Shown: positions 8,715-18,548 of the stretch, piece by piece
Position numbering within the stretch: the first letter of the stretch is position 1
Layout: every line of letters starts with the position of its first letter
Assembly: GCA_023382175.1 (NCBI GenBank)
Contig: JAMCQB010000153.1
Span: 1,713-60,522 of the forward strand
DNA: 58,810 bases
Source of the DNA: Nitrospirota bacterium
GTDB taxonomy: Bacteria > Nitrospirota > Thermodesulfovibrionia > Thermodesulfovibrionales > UBA9159
Direction: 5' to 3'
The notes under the pieces: generated by a model
Database searches by the model: none
What the model saw: the letters and a program-made list of their open reading frames with translations, nothing else
Told to the model about the DNA's origin: nothing
Program-made: the position numbers and the translations under genes

Positions 8715-10183
8715 AGCGAATTGCCGCATATTTTTCCAGGCTGGGGCTTCAGTATAAATTCATACTCATCACCACCTGTGCGATCATTGCGATCATGAGC
8801 ATCATCGGTTATCTCGCAGTGGAAAGGGAGAAAAGCATTCTCTATGCAGAGGTTGAAAAACAGGGGCGCCTTCTCGGTGAGACCCTTGCCATCCCCATAA
8901 TCAATGACCTGATATACGAAAGGCTTGGGCTTGTCGAGGAAGGCGGTCTTCTTGATAACTATATCCTGGAGATATTCAACAGAAAGGATGCTGGTTTGTT
9001 GTATATCGCGATCCTGGATGAAGAAGGCAGGGTAATATCCCACAACAATATTACCGAGTATGGAAGGGTTTATTCCGACCCCTTGACGCAAAAGGCCCTT
9101 GCTGCAAACAGTACGGTCATACAGCATGTTTCAGGCAGTGAGCATAACGCCCTTGATTTCGGCGTGCCTCTTTCCATAGGAAAGAAGAGGTGGGGGACCC
9201 TGAAATTTGCCATTTCTCTGGAAAAGGTAGAACATGAAATCACTGCAATGGTCAAAAGGATTGTCCTCTTTACAGTATTTTTGCTTGCTGTTGGTTTTGT
9301 AGTCATACTCCTATTGAGCAGAAGGTTTATAAGTCCTATAACCCAATTGGCAAACACCATGGAAAAAACAGGAGGAGATTACCTTGATGTGAAGGTTGAG
9401 GTGAAGGGACATGATGAACTTGCTGTCCTCGGCGAGAGATTTAATAGCATGATAGAGAGAATAAGGCAGGCAAACGAAGAACTGAAAAAGGCCCAAGAAA
9501 AGATGGTACAATCAGAAAAACTTGCATCCATAGGCATCCTTGCTGCCGGGGTTGCCCATGAGATAAACAATCCCCTCGGAGCACTTTTTAACAGTCACTA
9601 TATGTTGAAACAGAATATCGACGCCCCTGCCTTAAGGGAGAAGTATCTAGACTTTATTAGTGAGGGGCTTGAAAGAATAGAAAACATAGTAAGCAAGCTT
9701 TTATGGATGGCAAGGAAAGGAGAACATAAGCCGGTTAAAATAAACATCAGGGATGCTGTTAATGAGGTTTATTCCCTTGTTGAATATAAAGCCAGAAAAG
9801 GCAAGATTCAGTTTGTTAATGATGTGGATGAAGAACTTAGCGTTTTTGTTGACCGCCATGATTTTCAACAGGTGACCCTTAATCTCTTTATAAACGCAAT
9901 CCATGCAATGACGGATGGCGGCTGTTTGAAGGTGGGAGGTTACAGAGACGACTCAAAGATTAAAATAGAAATTATGGACACAGGTGCCGGCATTGCACGG
10001 GAAAATATCAGCAAGATATTTGATCCATTTTTTACAACAAAGCCCCCTGGAGAGGGAACAGGGCTTGGATTATGGTTGAGTTATGAAATAGTCAAAAACT
10101 ATAATGGAGAAATTTCTGTTGAAAGTGGAATGGGAAAAGGCAGTAAGTTTACACTGACATTTCCGGCAAATCAGACTGCATGA
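8711..10183 (+). CDS. arrS: Sensor histidine kinase, ArrS-like
   Basis: Two TMs, HAMP, AHEINNPL, DTGAGI and GTGLGL. ATG overlaps the arrX stop. Symbol assigned from context. Confidence 0.85.
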   Translation: MKRIAAYFSRLGLQYKFILITTCAIIAIMSIIGYLAVEREKSILYAEVEKQGRLLGETLAIPIINDLIYERLGLVEEGGLLDNYILEIFNRKDAGLLYIAILDEEGRVISHNNITEYGRVYSDPLTQKALAANSTVIQHVSGSEHNALDFGVPLSIGKKRWGTLKFAISLEKVEHEITAMVKRIVLFTVFLLAVGFVVILLLSRRFISPITQLANTMEKTGGDYLDVKVEVKGHDELAVLGERFNSMIERIRQANEELKKAQEKMVQSEKLASIGILAAGVAHEINNPLGALFNSHYMLKQNIDAPALREKYLDFISEGLERIENIVSKLLWMARKGEHKPVKINIRDAVNEVYSLVEYKARKGKIQFVNDVDEELSVFVDRHDFQQVTLNLFINAIHAMTDGGCLKVGGYRDDSKIKIEIMDTGAGIARENISKIFDPFFTTKPPGEGTGLGLWLSYEIVKNYNGEISVESGMGKGSKFTLTFPANQTA

Positions 10184-11517
10184 AAGAAACTGTGCTCATA
10201 ATTGAAGACGAAAAACTGATGAGGGTTACCCTTGAGGATGCCCTGAAGTCTGAAGGATACGACGTTGTATCCTTTGGAACAGGGACAGATGCTTTGAATT
10301 CGCTCAGGAATAATTTGTTTGATGTGGTGGTTACCGATGTCAGATTACCCGATATTGACGGACTTGGCATTCTCAAGGAAATCTCTCGCTTGAACGCTGC
10401 TCAGGTGATTGTGATGACGGCCTTCGGCACAATTAAGGATGCTGTGGAGGCGATGAAGCTCGGGGCCTTTGACTATATAACCAAACCCTTTGCCCTTGAT
10501 GAATTCCTCCTGCTCATCGAGAGGGCTCTCGAAATAAAGAGGCTGAAGGAAGAGAACATCAGGCTTAAGAAGGACCTCAACAAGTGCTACTGCGGGCCAA
10601 ACATCATCGGTGAAAGCACGGAGATGAAGAAAGTTTTTTCCCTTATCGAAAGGGTCTCAGCATCCGACGCTACCGTTCTGATACTTGGAGAGAGCGGAAC
10701 GGGCAAGGAGCTTGTTGCCACCACGATCCACTATCAGAGCAAGCGCAAGGATAAGCCGCTCATTAAAGTGAACTGTGCAGCGCTGCCTGAGGGTCTCATA
10801 GAAAGCGAACTCTTTGGTCACGAAAAGGGCGCGTTCACCGGCGCGGTAAAGAGAAAGCCTGGCAGGTTCGAGCTTGCCAATGGAGGCACGGTTTTCCTTG
10901 ACGAGATCGGCGACCTTCCCCCTTCAACTCAGGCAAAAATCTTGAGGGTCATACAGGAAAGACAGTTCGAGCGGATCGGCGGAACAGCCACGCTGACCGT
11001 TGATGTCAGGATTATCGCTGCTACCAACAAAGACCTTGAGGAAGAGGTGAAAGCCGGCAGATTCAGGGAAGACCTTTATTACCGGCTGAACGTTATACCG
11101 ATAGTCCTTCCGCCGCTGAGGGAACGGAGAGAGGATATTCCCCCTCTCGTCGAGTTCTTTACGGATAAGTACAGGAGCAGACTCTCGAAGGATGTGCGGT
11201 TTTCAAGAGATGCAGCGGATATGCTTCTCGCTTATGATTATCCCGGCAACGTCAGGGAACTTGAAAATATCATTGAACGGTGCGTTACCCTTTCCCGTGC
11301 CGAGGTAATTGAGAAGGATGAGTTGCCTTCCTTGATCTCAAGCGAGACGCTGGGCACAAAGAGCCTGGTTCTCTCAAATGTGGCTGCTGATGCTGAGAAA
11401 GCACACATCCTGATGGTTCTGAAGACTACACAGGGCAACAAGACAAGAGCTGCAGAGATACTGGGTATCAGTAGAAAGACCCTGTGGGAGAAGATGAATG
11501 CCTATGGGATGGTTTAA
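10180..11517 (+). CDS. arrR: Sigma54-dependent (NtrC-family) response regulator, ArrR-like
   Basis: Receiver domain, [21 protein letters not shown] and a Fis-type HTH ([16 protein letters not shown]). Symbol assigned from context. Confidence 0.9.
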   Translation: MKETVLIIEDEKLMRVTLEDALKSEGYDVVSFGTGTDALNSLRNNLFDVVVTDVRLPDIDGLGILKEISRLNAAQVIVMTAFGTIKDAVEAMKLGAFDYITKPFALDEFLLLIERALEIKRLKEENIRLKKDLNKCYCGPNIIGESTEMKKVFSLIERVSASDATVLILGESGTGKELVATTIHYQSKRKDKPLIKVNCAALPEGLIESELFGHEKGAFTGAVKRKPGRFELANGGTVFLDEIGDLPPSTQAKILRVIQERQFERIGGTATLTVDVRIIAATNKDLEEEVKAGRFREDLYYRLNVIPIVLPPLRERREDIPPLVEFFTDKYRSRLSKDVRFSRDAADMLLAYDYPGNVRELENIIERCVTLSRAEVIEKDELPSLISSETLGTKSLVLSNVAADAEKAHILMVLKTTQGNKTRAAEILGISRKTLWEKMNAYGMV

Positions 11518-11534
11518 TTACCGCAATCAATAAG

Positions 11535-11639
11535 TGTTACGTAATCGTAACAGCCCTGCCTTTTGCCCCCATAATATATAAACTATTAAAATCAATTAGT
11601 TACTACTGAATATTTTTCCAGCGTTACCTTTTCGTAACA
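11535..11639. promoter_or_regulatory. Two GTTAC-N6-GTAAC palindromes, putative enhancer (UAS) sites for ArrR
   Basis: tGTTACgtaatcGTAACa at 11535-11552 and GTTACcttttcGTAACa at 11623-11639, 87 bp apart, upstream of a sigma54 promoter. Confidence 0.7.
11590..11602 (+). promoter_or_regulatory. IHF-consensus site
   Basis: AATCAATTAGTTA matches WATCAANNNNTTR. Near-matches at 11525 (AATCAATAAGTGT) and 11663 (TTTCAATAAGTTA). Confidence 0.55.
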
Positions 11640-11678
11640 TCGCATGAATAAGTTCCTTTTAATTTCAATAAGTTATAC

Positions 11679-11695
11679 CTGGCAAGAAAGCTGCT
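11679..11695 (+). promoter_or_regulatory. Sigma54 (-24/-12) promoter for arrA
   Basis: CTGGCAAGAAAGCTGCT: GG at 11681-82 and GC at 11693-94 with an exact 10-nt spacer, next to a sigma54 activator gene. Confidence 0.8.
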
Positions 11696-11898
11696 TAAAT
11701 AACGCCAGGAAATATGTGTTCATAAATTCTTCTAAATATGCAAAGGGCCTTGAGGCTGATGGAACTTAGGAATTTCAGGGGCGTGTAGCAAGATAAAGGG
11801 GGTGAAAAAACAGTTCAGTATTCGGGGTAAATGTTTTTTTGAACTTCCAGATTCTTGAGGTTTAATTTGTTGGTAAAAACAAACAGAGGAGGAAGAGA

Positions 11899-14481
11899 AT
11901 GAAGATTAAGAGAAGGGACTTTCTCAAGGCAGGCGTGGCAGCCGGTGCAGCAATGGCTTTAACCGGACCGTCGCTTAACGCTTTTGCCGCTTCAAAGGAA
12001 CAGGAAAAGGTTAGTGGCGAAACAGCGCCGGGCAAATGGATACCGTCAACATGCCAGGGCTGCACGCAGTGGTGTCCGTGCGAGTTCTTTGTCCAGAACG
12101 GCAGAGCAGTGAAGGTCAGGGGCAACCAGTTGTCAAAGGTCAATAACGGGTACGTATGTCCGAGGGGATACCTTATGCTGCAAGAGCTTTATGACCCTGA
12201 CAGGGTAAAGGTTCCGATGAAAAGGACAAACCCGAAGAAAGGCAGAGGCGTTGACCCGAAATTCGTTCCTATATCATGGGATGAAGCGCTCGATACGGTT
12301 GCCGATAAGCTCCTTGAGATTCGGAAGAACGGTGAGTCTCATAAGCTTTTGCTCATCAGAGGAAGGTATTCCCCCACAACCTATCCTTTGATTTATGATT
12401 CCTTCCCGAAAATAATAGGTTCACCGAACAATATCTCGCACAGCGCCATATGTGCGGAGGCAGAGAAATTCGGGCCTTTCTATACGGAAGGCTACTGGGG
12501 TTACCGGGATTATGATCTCGCAAATATGAAGTGTCTGGTGGTATGGGGCTGCGATCCCTTAAGCTCTAACAGAAATGTCCCGAATACTGAACTGTTTTTT
12601 CACCCCCTTATTGACAGAGGCACCCTTATTGTTATTGATCCAAGGCTCAGTTCAGCTGGCGCAAAAGCCCATGAATGGGTCCCGGTAAAGCCAGGAGAAG
12701 ACGGAGCCCTTGCAACAGCCATTGCCCATGTGATTCTTGTGGAAGGTCTGTGGAGCAAGGAATTCGTAGGCGACTTCAAGGATGGCAAGAACATGTTTAA
12801 GGCAGGCAAGGCTGTTGATGAGGCTGCATTTGCAGAAAAAGAGACATATGGTCTTGTGAAGTGGTGGAATATTGAACTCAAGGACAGGGCTCCTGAATGG
12901 GCTGCGCCGATTACCGGTATCCCAAAAGAGCAGATTGTCAGGATAGCCAGGACAATGGGCGCCGCCGCTCCCAAAGTCGCGGTATGGATGGGCCCCGGCC
13001 CTGTCATGAGCCCGAGGGGCGCATATCCATCAATGGCGATTCATGCCCTTAACGGCCTTTTGGGTTCCTGCGAGAACGAGGGAGGTTCATTGAGGAACCA
13101 CGCCAAGACTCCAACAAATAAATTCGCGAAATTTGATGGCTATCTCGATGATATTGCCAAGAAGGGCGGCAAGGAGAAAAAGATAGACCAGAGAGGCACC
13201 AAGGCATTTCCCGCAATTGCATCAGGGAAGGCCGCCAGCGGGGTTATTACCAATAATGTGGCCAATGCCGTTCTCAACGGGGACCCGTATGACATAAAGG
13301 TGGCCGTCAGCTACTGGGCCAACTTCAACTTCTCATGCACCGGAGCCGACAGATGGGACAGGGCAATGCAGAAGATACCTTTCTATGTCCATATCGGCAC
13401 CAACTCTTCAGAAGCGGCAATGTTTGCGGATATAGTCCTGCCTGCTGCGCACCATGCCACACAGAAACTGTCGGCTGTGGATAACAAGGGGAATCTCTTT
13501 ACTCACCTTTCGATTCAGCAACCCGTGGTCGGAAGGCTGTGGGAAGAAAAAGCTGATGAGACGGAGATAATGTGGATGCTCGCTGAGAAGCTGAAGGCAA
13601 AGGGCTTTGCAAATCTCTATGACTATTACTCAAAAGAGTTTAAGGATCCGGAGACAGGCAAGACCCCTGCCAACGCGGATGAGTTTGCATTAATTGCAAC
13701 AAGGATTGTGAGCGCGGCCGTGTGGAAACCGAAGGAGCCGCTTAAGGGCGACAAAATTGACGGCTGGGAAGACTTCAAGGCTAAGGGCGTTTACAACTCC
13801 GAGCCTTATCAGTTCAGGAAACTGTGGGGCAAATTCGGCAAGGAAGTGGAAAAAGACGGCAAGAAGGAGACCGAGGGCACTGTCACCCACAAGTTCGAGT
13901 TCTATAGCGAAACCCTTAAGAAGGCGCTCGGCGACCATGCCAAGAAGCACAAAACAACCATCGATGATGTTGTTGAGGCGGCCGGCTACCTTGCAAAGGG
14001 TGAAGAGGTATTCGTCCCTCACTATGAGCCGCCGAAAAGATGGGGAGATCCGGTCAAGTATCCCTTTACCTTTGTCGACTACAAGTCGAGGCTCAACAGG
14101 GAAGGGAGGAGCCAGAACTGTACCTGGTATCAGGAATTCAAGAAACTCGATGTGGGCGATGAGAGCTGGGACGATGTCGTGAAGATAAACCCCGAGGACG
14201 GCAAGAAACTCGGCATTAAAACCGGAGACACGGTGAAGCTTATCTCCGTTACCGGAAGCATTACAGTAAAAGCAAAGCTCTGGGAAGGTGTCAGGGCGGG
14301 AACGGTAACCAAGTGCTATGGTCAGGGACACTGGGCATACGGAAAAGTTGCCGCAAAGGAGTTCGGCAAGACACCGAGAGGCGGCAATAACAATGATCTT
14401 ATGCCCGACGACTATGAGCGCATGACCGGTAGCACGGCAAGAAACGGCGGTTTCACAGCCGTAAAGATCGAAAAGGTTTAA
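11899..14481 (+). CDS. arrA: Respiratory arsenate reductase molybdopterin subunit
   Basis: Tat signal KRRDFLK, FS0 motif STCQGCTQWC...C, and ArrA signatures RGRY, NISHSAICAEAEK and KSRLNREGRS. RBS GAGGAGG. Confidence 0.95.
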   Translation: MKIKRRDFLKAGVAAGAAMALTGPSLNAFAASKEQEKVSGETAPGKWIPSTCQGCTQWCPCEFFVQNGRAVKVRGNQLSKVNNGYVCPRGYLMLQELYDPDRVKVPMKRTNPKKGRGVDPKFVPISWDEALDTVADKLLEIRKNGESHKLLLIRGRYSPTTYPLIYDSFPKIIGSPNNISHSAICAEAEKFGPFYTEGYWGYRDYDLANMKCLVVWGCDPLSSNRNVPNTELFFHPLIDRGTLIVIDPRLSSAGAKAHEWVPVKPGEDGALATAIAHVILVEGLWSKEFVGDFKDGKNMFKAGKAVDEAAFAEKETYGLVKWWNIELKDRAPEWAAPITGIPKEQIVRIARTMGAAAPKVAVWMGPGPVMSPRGAYPSMAIHALNGLLGSCENEGGSLRNHAKTPTNKFAKFDGYLDDIAKKGGKEKKIDQRGTKAFPAIASGKAASGVITNNVANAVLNGDPYDIKVAVSYWANFNFSCTGADRWDRAMQKIPFYVHIGTNSSEAAMFADIVLPAAHHATQKLSAVDNKGNLFTHLSIQQPVVGRLWEEKADETEIMWMLAEKLKAKGFANLYDYYSKEFKDPETGKTPANADEFALIATRIVSAAVWKPKEPLKGDKIDGWEDFKAKGVYNSEPYQFRKLWGKFGKEVEKDGKKETEGTVTHKFEFYSETLKKALGDHAKKHKTTIDDVVEAAGYLAKGEEVFVPHYEPPKRWGDPVKYPFTFVDYKSRLNREGRSQNCTWYQEFKKLDVGDESWDDVVKINPEDGKKLGIKTGDTVKLISVTGSITVKAKLWEGVRAGTVTKCYGQGHWAYGKVAAKEFGKTPRGGNNNDLMPDDYERMTGSTARNGGFTAVKIEKV

Positions 14482-14499
14482 GAAAGGAGGTAAAGATAG

Positions 14500-15318
14500 A
14501 TGCCTAAATACGGAATGGTTATCGATTTACAGAAGTGTGTCGGCTGCGGCTGCTGCGGGATGGCTTGCAAAACAGAGAACAATACTCAGGACAGGGCGAA
14601 AGGTCAGACCTTCAACTGGGCCGACTTCATTTCCCGGACCGAGGGGAAATTCCCCAATGTGAAAATCACCTTTATGCCGGTGCTCTGCAACCACTGCACT
14701 GATGCCCCGTGCGTGAAGGCCTGTCCGGTAACGCCAAAGGCAATGCACAAGCATGAAAACGGCATGACAATACACAATCAGGAGAGATGCATCGGATGTC
14801 GTCTCTGTCAGCAGAATTGTCCTTACAGTTCCGAGGACGTGGACAAGAGCAAGGCAGCTTACAGTGTCATAAGCTTCAATGACTTCAATGATGAGATTCA
14901 CCCATTCTACAAAGACACAAAGGAGCTTATCCCGGGATGTACCTCGTCAGGCGCCGAGGTAGCCAAAAAGGCTGGTGACACGCCTCCCCACCGCACGCTG
15001 TATAAACACTCTGACTATGCCAGCGTAAGAGAGAAGGGAAAGGTTGAGAAGTGCATCTTCTGCGAGCACAGGGTGATGAAGGGCGAGAAGCCTGCCTGCG
15101 TGGCTTCCTGCCCTGCAAAGGCAAGGATATTCGGCGACGTCTCAGATCCGAACAGCGAGGTAAGCCAGCTGCTGAAAAAGCACAAAGCGGTTAACCTTAA
15201 GAACAATAAAGGCGAAGTCCTGAAGGGCGGCGAAAAAGGCACTCAGCCCAATGTTTACTACATAAAGAGCTTCATGGCCGGGGCAAAGAAAGAGCCTGCA
15301 AAGGCCAAAAAGGCGTAA
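14500..15318 (+). CDS. arrB: Respiratory arsenate reductase Fe-S subunit
   Basis: DmsB/NrfC-type cluster pattern (IDLQKCVGCGCC, CNHCTDAPCVKACP, CIGCRLCQQNCPY, KCIFC...PACVASCP) directly after arrA. Confidence 0.92.
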   Translation: MPKYGMVIDLQKCVGCGCCGMACKTENNTQDRAKGQTFNWADFISRTEGKFPNVKITFMPVLCNHCTDAPCVKACPVTPKAMHKHENGMTIHNQERCIGCRLCQQNCPYSSEDVDKSKAAYSVISFNDFNDEIHPFYKDTKELIPGCTSSGAEVAKKAGDTPPHRTLYKHSDYASVREKGKVEKCIFCEHRVMKGEKPACVASCPAKARIFGDVSDPNSEVSQLLKKHKAVNLKNNKGEVLKGGEKGTQPNVYYIKSFMAGAKKEPAKAKKA

Positions 15319-15336
15319 CCCTGACGGAGTAAGGGA

Positions 15337-15378
15337 GTTTGGAGTAATGGGGCATTTGAATGCTCCATTACTCCAAAC
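15337..15378. repeat. Long intergenic hairpin (about 20-bp stem) between arrB and arrD
   Basis: GTTTGGAGTAATGGGGCATT-tg-AATGCTCCATTACTCCAAAC, with one G-T pair. Confidence 0.75.
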
Positions 15379-15429
15379 ACTTGCCCTCTGCTACTTTAGT
15401 ACTCAAATATCGTAACAAAAGGGGTAAGG

Positions 15430-16101
15430 GTGGATATCAAAGGATTTATTTCCCGGGAGAAAGCAAGGGGGGACTGTTACAGGCTTGTATCGGCATGTTT
15501 TTATCAGCCTGAGAAGGATGTTTTTCTTCAGGAGGATGTTTTTAGAAACCTTGCATTATTGTTGAAGCAGGTCTCTCAGGATGCTTCAGCCATTGTCAGC
15601 GAGATGGAAAAGTCATTTTCGAAATACAGCGAAGAAGAACTCACCGTGGATTATGCAAGACTCTTTGTGGGGCCAAATGAGCTGTTAGCTCCTCCATACG
15701 GTTCGGTGTATCTCGACGGGGACAGGAAGGTTATGGGCGATTCCACGATGGAAGTCATGAAGATGTACGAGGAGCAGGGGCTCGCTATGGACAGAGAATT
15801 CAGGAATTTGCCGGATCACATAACCGTAGAACTTGAATTCATGTATTACCTGATATTCAAAGAGATAGAGGCTCTTGAAAAGTCCGACATAGCCTCGGCT
15901 CTCAATTTTATAAACATTCAGGAAGTTTTCTTAGACAGGTTCCTTAAAAGGTGGATTCGGCCGTTTTGCGATAAGGTGAAGGAAGGCACGGATAGTGGAT
16001 TTTACAAGGCCCTCGCAGACTGTGCAGCCGCCTTTATCAGAGACGCAAGTCCCGGAGATGAACTCCCCGATGACCTGCAGAATAAAATGGCACGAGTGTA
16101 G
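15430..16101 (+). CDS. arrD: TorD/DmsD-family maturation chaperone
   Basis: DYARLFVGP, APPYGSVY, LPDHITVELEFM. Confidence 0.9.
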   Translation: MDIKGFISREKARGDCYRLVSACFYQPEKDVFLQEDVFRNLALLLKQVSQDASAIVSEMEKSFSKYSEEELTVDYARLFVGPNELLAPPYGSVYLDGDRKVMGDSTMEVMKMYEEQGLAMDREFRNLPDHITVELEFMYYLIFKEIEALEKSDIASALNFINIQEVFLDRFLKRWIRPFCDKVKEGTDSGFYKALADCAAAFIRDASPGDELPDDLQNKMARV

Positions 16102-16104
16102 ACA

Positions 16105-17118
16105 ATGTTAAAAGGGAAGATCATAGACAAGGCCCTGAGCACCGCAGAGAGCATCGGAACCGACCGTTCAAGGTGTCTGAGAATGCGCTTTAACCGTAAT
16201 TTATGCTCCGGATGCACAAGCATGTGCCGTTCAGGGGCAATAACCATAGATGAGGACGTGCATATTCTTGCGGATAACTGCTCTGAATGCATGCTCTGTG
16301 TTTCGGCATGCCCGTCGGACTCTTTTGAAATACGGGGATCCGATTTCTATTCGCTGCTCGGTAGGCTCAGAAAAATCCAGTCGTCGGTCCGGACGCCTGT
16401 TCTGGGCTGTAATATCAGGACAGATGCTGCTTGCCATGGAAAGACCTTCTGTTTCGGTTTTTTGTCCGAGGAACATGTCATAGCCCTTTCTGTCTTTATG
16501 GGGGATACACTGCAGATCGATATGACAGGATGTGCGGACTGCAGAAACGGGTTTATTGTTGATGTCCTTAAAAAAAGAATCGAGCGTGTCGAAACAAAGA
16601 CTTCCCTCAGGCTTTCTGACAGGATAAAGCTTGTGCACAGTAAAGCCGATCTGGATTTTCAGGAGATAGCGTATGACCGGCGGGGATTTTTCAAAGCGCT
16701 CAAGAACTTAACCTTTATGCAGGCAGCAGGACTATTTGATAATGATGATTCCGGCGAAGAGATGCGTTCATATTCATTAAAAAAACTGCCTTTTAAAAGG
16801 GAGCTGTTAAACAGGGCTCTGAAGGTTTTGCCGGAGGAAGCGGGTAGGGGTTTGGTAAGAAATTACTACTACACGGTTGGCGTTACGGAGAACTGCAATA
16901 ACTGCTTTGCATGTATCGGCATGTGCCCTGCAGGAGCTTTGAAGATAGAAGAAACGGGGGAGGGCAGGGAACTTTTTTTCAGCAGCTCCCTTTGCAACGG
17001 CTGCGGCCTCTGTCAAGACTTCTGCATGACTAAGTCTGTCAGGATAGAAAAGGGATTTTCGGGAGACAACCCTTTTGGGTTCAGCAACACGAAAAGGGAA
17101 GTGTTATGCACGGCGTAA
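16105..17118 (+). CDS. Polyferredoxin / 4Fe-4S dicluster protein of the arr operon
   Basis: N-terminal CSGCTSMC and CSECMLCVSACP, internal RRGFF, C-terminal CNNCFACIGMCP and CNGCGLCQDFC. Confidence 0.85.
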   Translation: MLKGKIIDKALSTAESIGTDRSRCLRMRFNRNLCSGCTSMCRSGAITIDEDVHILADNCSECMLCVSACPSDSFEIRGSDFYSLLGRLRKIQSSVRTPVLGCNIRTDAACHGKTFCFGFLSEEHVIALSVFMGDTLQIDMTGCADCRNGFIVDVLKKRIERVETKTSLRLSDRIKLVHSKADLDFQEIAYDRRGFFKALKNLTFMQAAGLFDNDDSGEEMRSYSLKKLPFKRELLNRALKVLPEEAGRGLVRNYYYTVGVTENCNNCFACIGMCPAGALKIEETGEGRELFFSSSLCNGCGLCQDFCMTKSVRIEKGFSGDNPFGFSNTKREVLCTA

Positions 17119-17801
17119 GCTGCTCTCGTTCATAACTTCCAAATGTTGTGCTATGTTTGCTGAAAGCGCAAATCTGGACCACGGGTTATGAGAGGAAATA
17201 ATAGTGTGGATATCATGGATTCAAGTTTTAAGAGCAGGAGCAACATATTAATAGTTGATGATGATGAAACAATAGTTACCATGTTGTCACGCTTTTTATC
17301 AAATAGAGGGTATGCGGTAGCTGGAGCAACTTCAACAGAGGAAGCGTTGCTTTTGATTCATAAAATGAGGTTTGATCTAATCATGACAGATTTGAAAATG
17401 CAGCCTGAAAGCGGCGTTGAACTGATAAGGAAAATGAAGGAGACAGGTTTTCACAGGTCGATAATTGCTTTTTCAGCTAATCCGGAATATATTGCAGAGC
17501 TTAAGAGTTCAAATTTGGATGTTGCTGCGATATTTGAGAAGCCATTTGACCTGGGTGAAATACATGGTAAAATTGAGGAGTGTATACGGTGCTAAAGGTG
17601 GCAGTTGATTTTGAGAGACTTCTCGATGAGTCTGTAAAAGTGCATGGACACCTCTGTCCCGGACAGGTGCTTGGGGTAAAGATGTCTATGCTCGGGCTTT
17701 CGGAGGTCGGCATTACGGACCCGAAAGGAAAAGACAGAAAGAGCATTATCGTTTTTGTCGAAATGGACAGATGCGCAACTGACGCCGGAATCATCATTAT
17801 C
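16738..17801. repeat. Perfect 19-bp inverted repeat pair (16738-16756 and 17783-17801)
   Basis: GATAATGATGATTCCGGCG is the exact reverse complement of CGCCGGAATCATCATTATC. Both copies lie inside different CDSs. Confidence 0.9.
17188..17595 (+). CDS. Single-domain response regulator (receiver only)
   Basis: ILIVDDD, DLIMTDLKM, FEKPF. AT-rich; start could be 17215. Confidence 0.85.
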   Translation: MRGNNSVDIMDSSFKSRSNILIVDDDETIVTMLSRFLSNRGYAVAGATSTEEALLLIHKMRFDLIMTDLKMQPESGVELIRKMKETGFHRSIIAFSANPEYIAELKSSNLDVAAIFEKPFDLGEIHGKIEECIRC

Positions 17802-18200
17802 GGGTGCAGCCTCGGACACAGGACCATGAAGTTTCTGGATTTCGGCAAGATGGCGGCAACTTTTGTGAATCTCAGGACAGGCAAAGCAGTAAGGGTTGCG
17901 GCGAGAGAGGAATCGCGACAGAAAGCAAAGGAATATTTCCCTGAAATTGAAGATAAGTACGCTGCCCAGCTTGAAGCATACAAGATCATGCCTGATGAAG
18001 AGCTTTTTGATATAATGGAGGTGAAAGTTACCGTAAAACCTGAAGATATGCCCGGGAGACCGCTAACAAGGGTCAGATGTGAGAAATGCGGGGAATATGT
18101 CCAGGATGTGAGGGAGGTTTATAAGGATGGGAAGCTGCTTTGTCTGCCTTGTGCAGGAGGAGGGTATTACGAGATTGAAAACAACGCTACTTGTGAATGA
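17589..18200 (+). CDS. FmdE/FwdE family protein with a C-terminal Zn-finger
   Basis: HGHLCPGQVLG, DRCATD, GKMAATF, CEKCGE...CLPC. GTG at 17589 follows GAGGAG. Confidence 0.9.
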   Translation: MLKVAVDFERLLDESVKVHGHLCPGQVLGVKMSMLGLSEVGITDPKGKDRKSIIVFVEMDRCATDAGIIIIGCSLGHRTMKFLDFGKMAATFVNLRTGKAVRVAAREESRQKAKEYFPEIEDKYAAQLEAYKIMPDEELFDIMEVKVTVKPEDMPGRPLTRVRCEKCGEYVQDVREVYKDGKLLCLPCAGGGYYEIENNATCE

Positions 18201-18474
18201 CCATTCGATCGAGCTTAATGAGTTTACAAGCAACTATATCGGAGAGGTTATTCAGGGGGTTGTAAGGGCGCTTGGAAAGAACGATGACAGGATGTCAGTG
18301 GAAATAGATGAAACGGGTTTGAGGATTTTCACCTCCAATGAGGAAATACCCCTGGTGAAGGAATTTGTGAGGAATTTGATAGAAAGCACTGTCAAAGGAG
18401 TTCTGTCTCCGTTGAAGGGTATTTTCTGGCTTCAGAAAATCACGATTTCTGTCGAAGCAACAACAGAGGCTTAG
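18175..18474 (+). CDS. Hypothetical protein (two internal repeats, each resembling a MobB C-terminal-like unit)
   Basis: TTG after GGAGGAGG. VNDHSIELNEFTSNYI... and NEEIPLVKEFVRNLI... are similar halves; sits among Mo-related genes. Confidence 0.6.
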   Translation: MKTTLLVNDHSIELNEFTSNYIGEVIQGVVRALGKNDDRMSVEIDETGLRIFTSNEEIPLVKEFVRNLIESTVKGVLSPLKGIFWLQKITISVEATTEA

Positions 18475-18504
18475 GAAATAATTTCATGATTTTTTTTCGC
18501 GCTT

Positions 18505-18527
18505 CGTTATGCAGAAATGCCATAACG
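18505..18527. promoter_or_regulatory. Putative ModE operator
   Basis: CGTTATG-N9-CATAACG palindrome 21 bp upstream of the modE-like gene; resembles CG(C/T)TAT...ATAACG ModE boxes. Confidence 0.65.
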
Positions 18528-18548
18528 GGAAAGCAGGCAGGATAGCCG

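Noticed and set aside
11899-14481. Alternative identity as ArxA (anaerobic arsenite oxidase) or PsrA
   Set aside because: It has RGRY and SHSAICAEAEK rather than the ArxA GRGWG-type motif; ArrA fits best, pending phylogeny.
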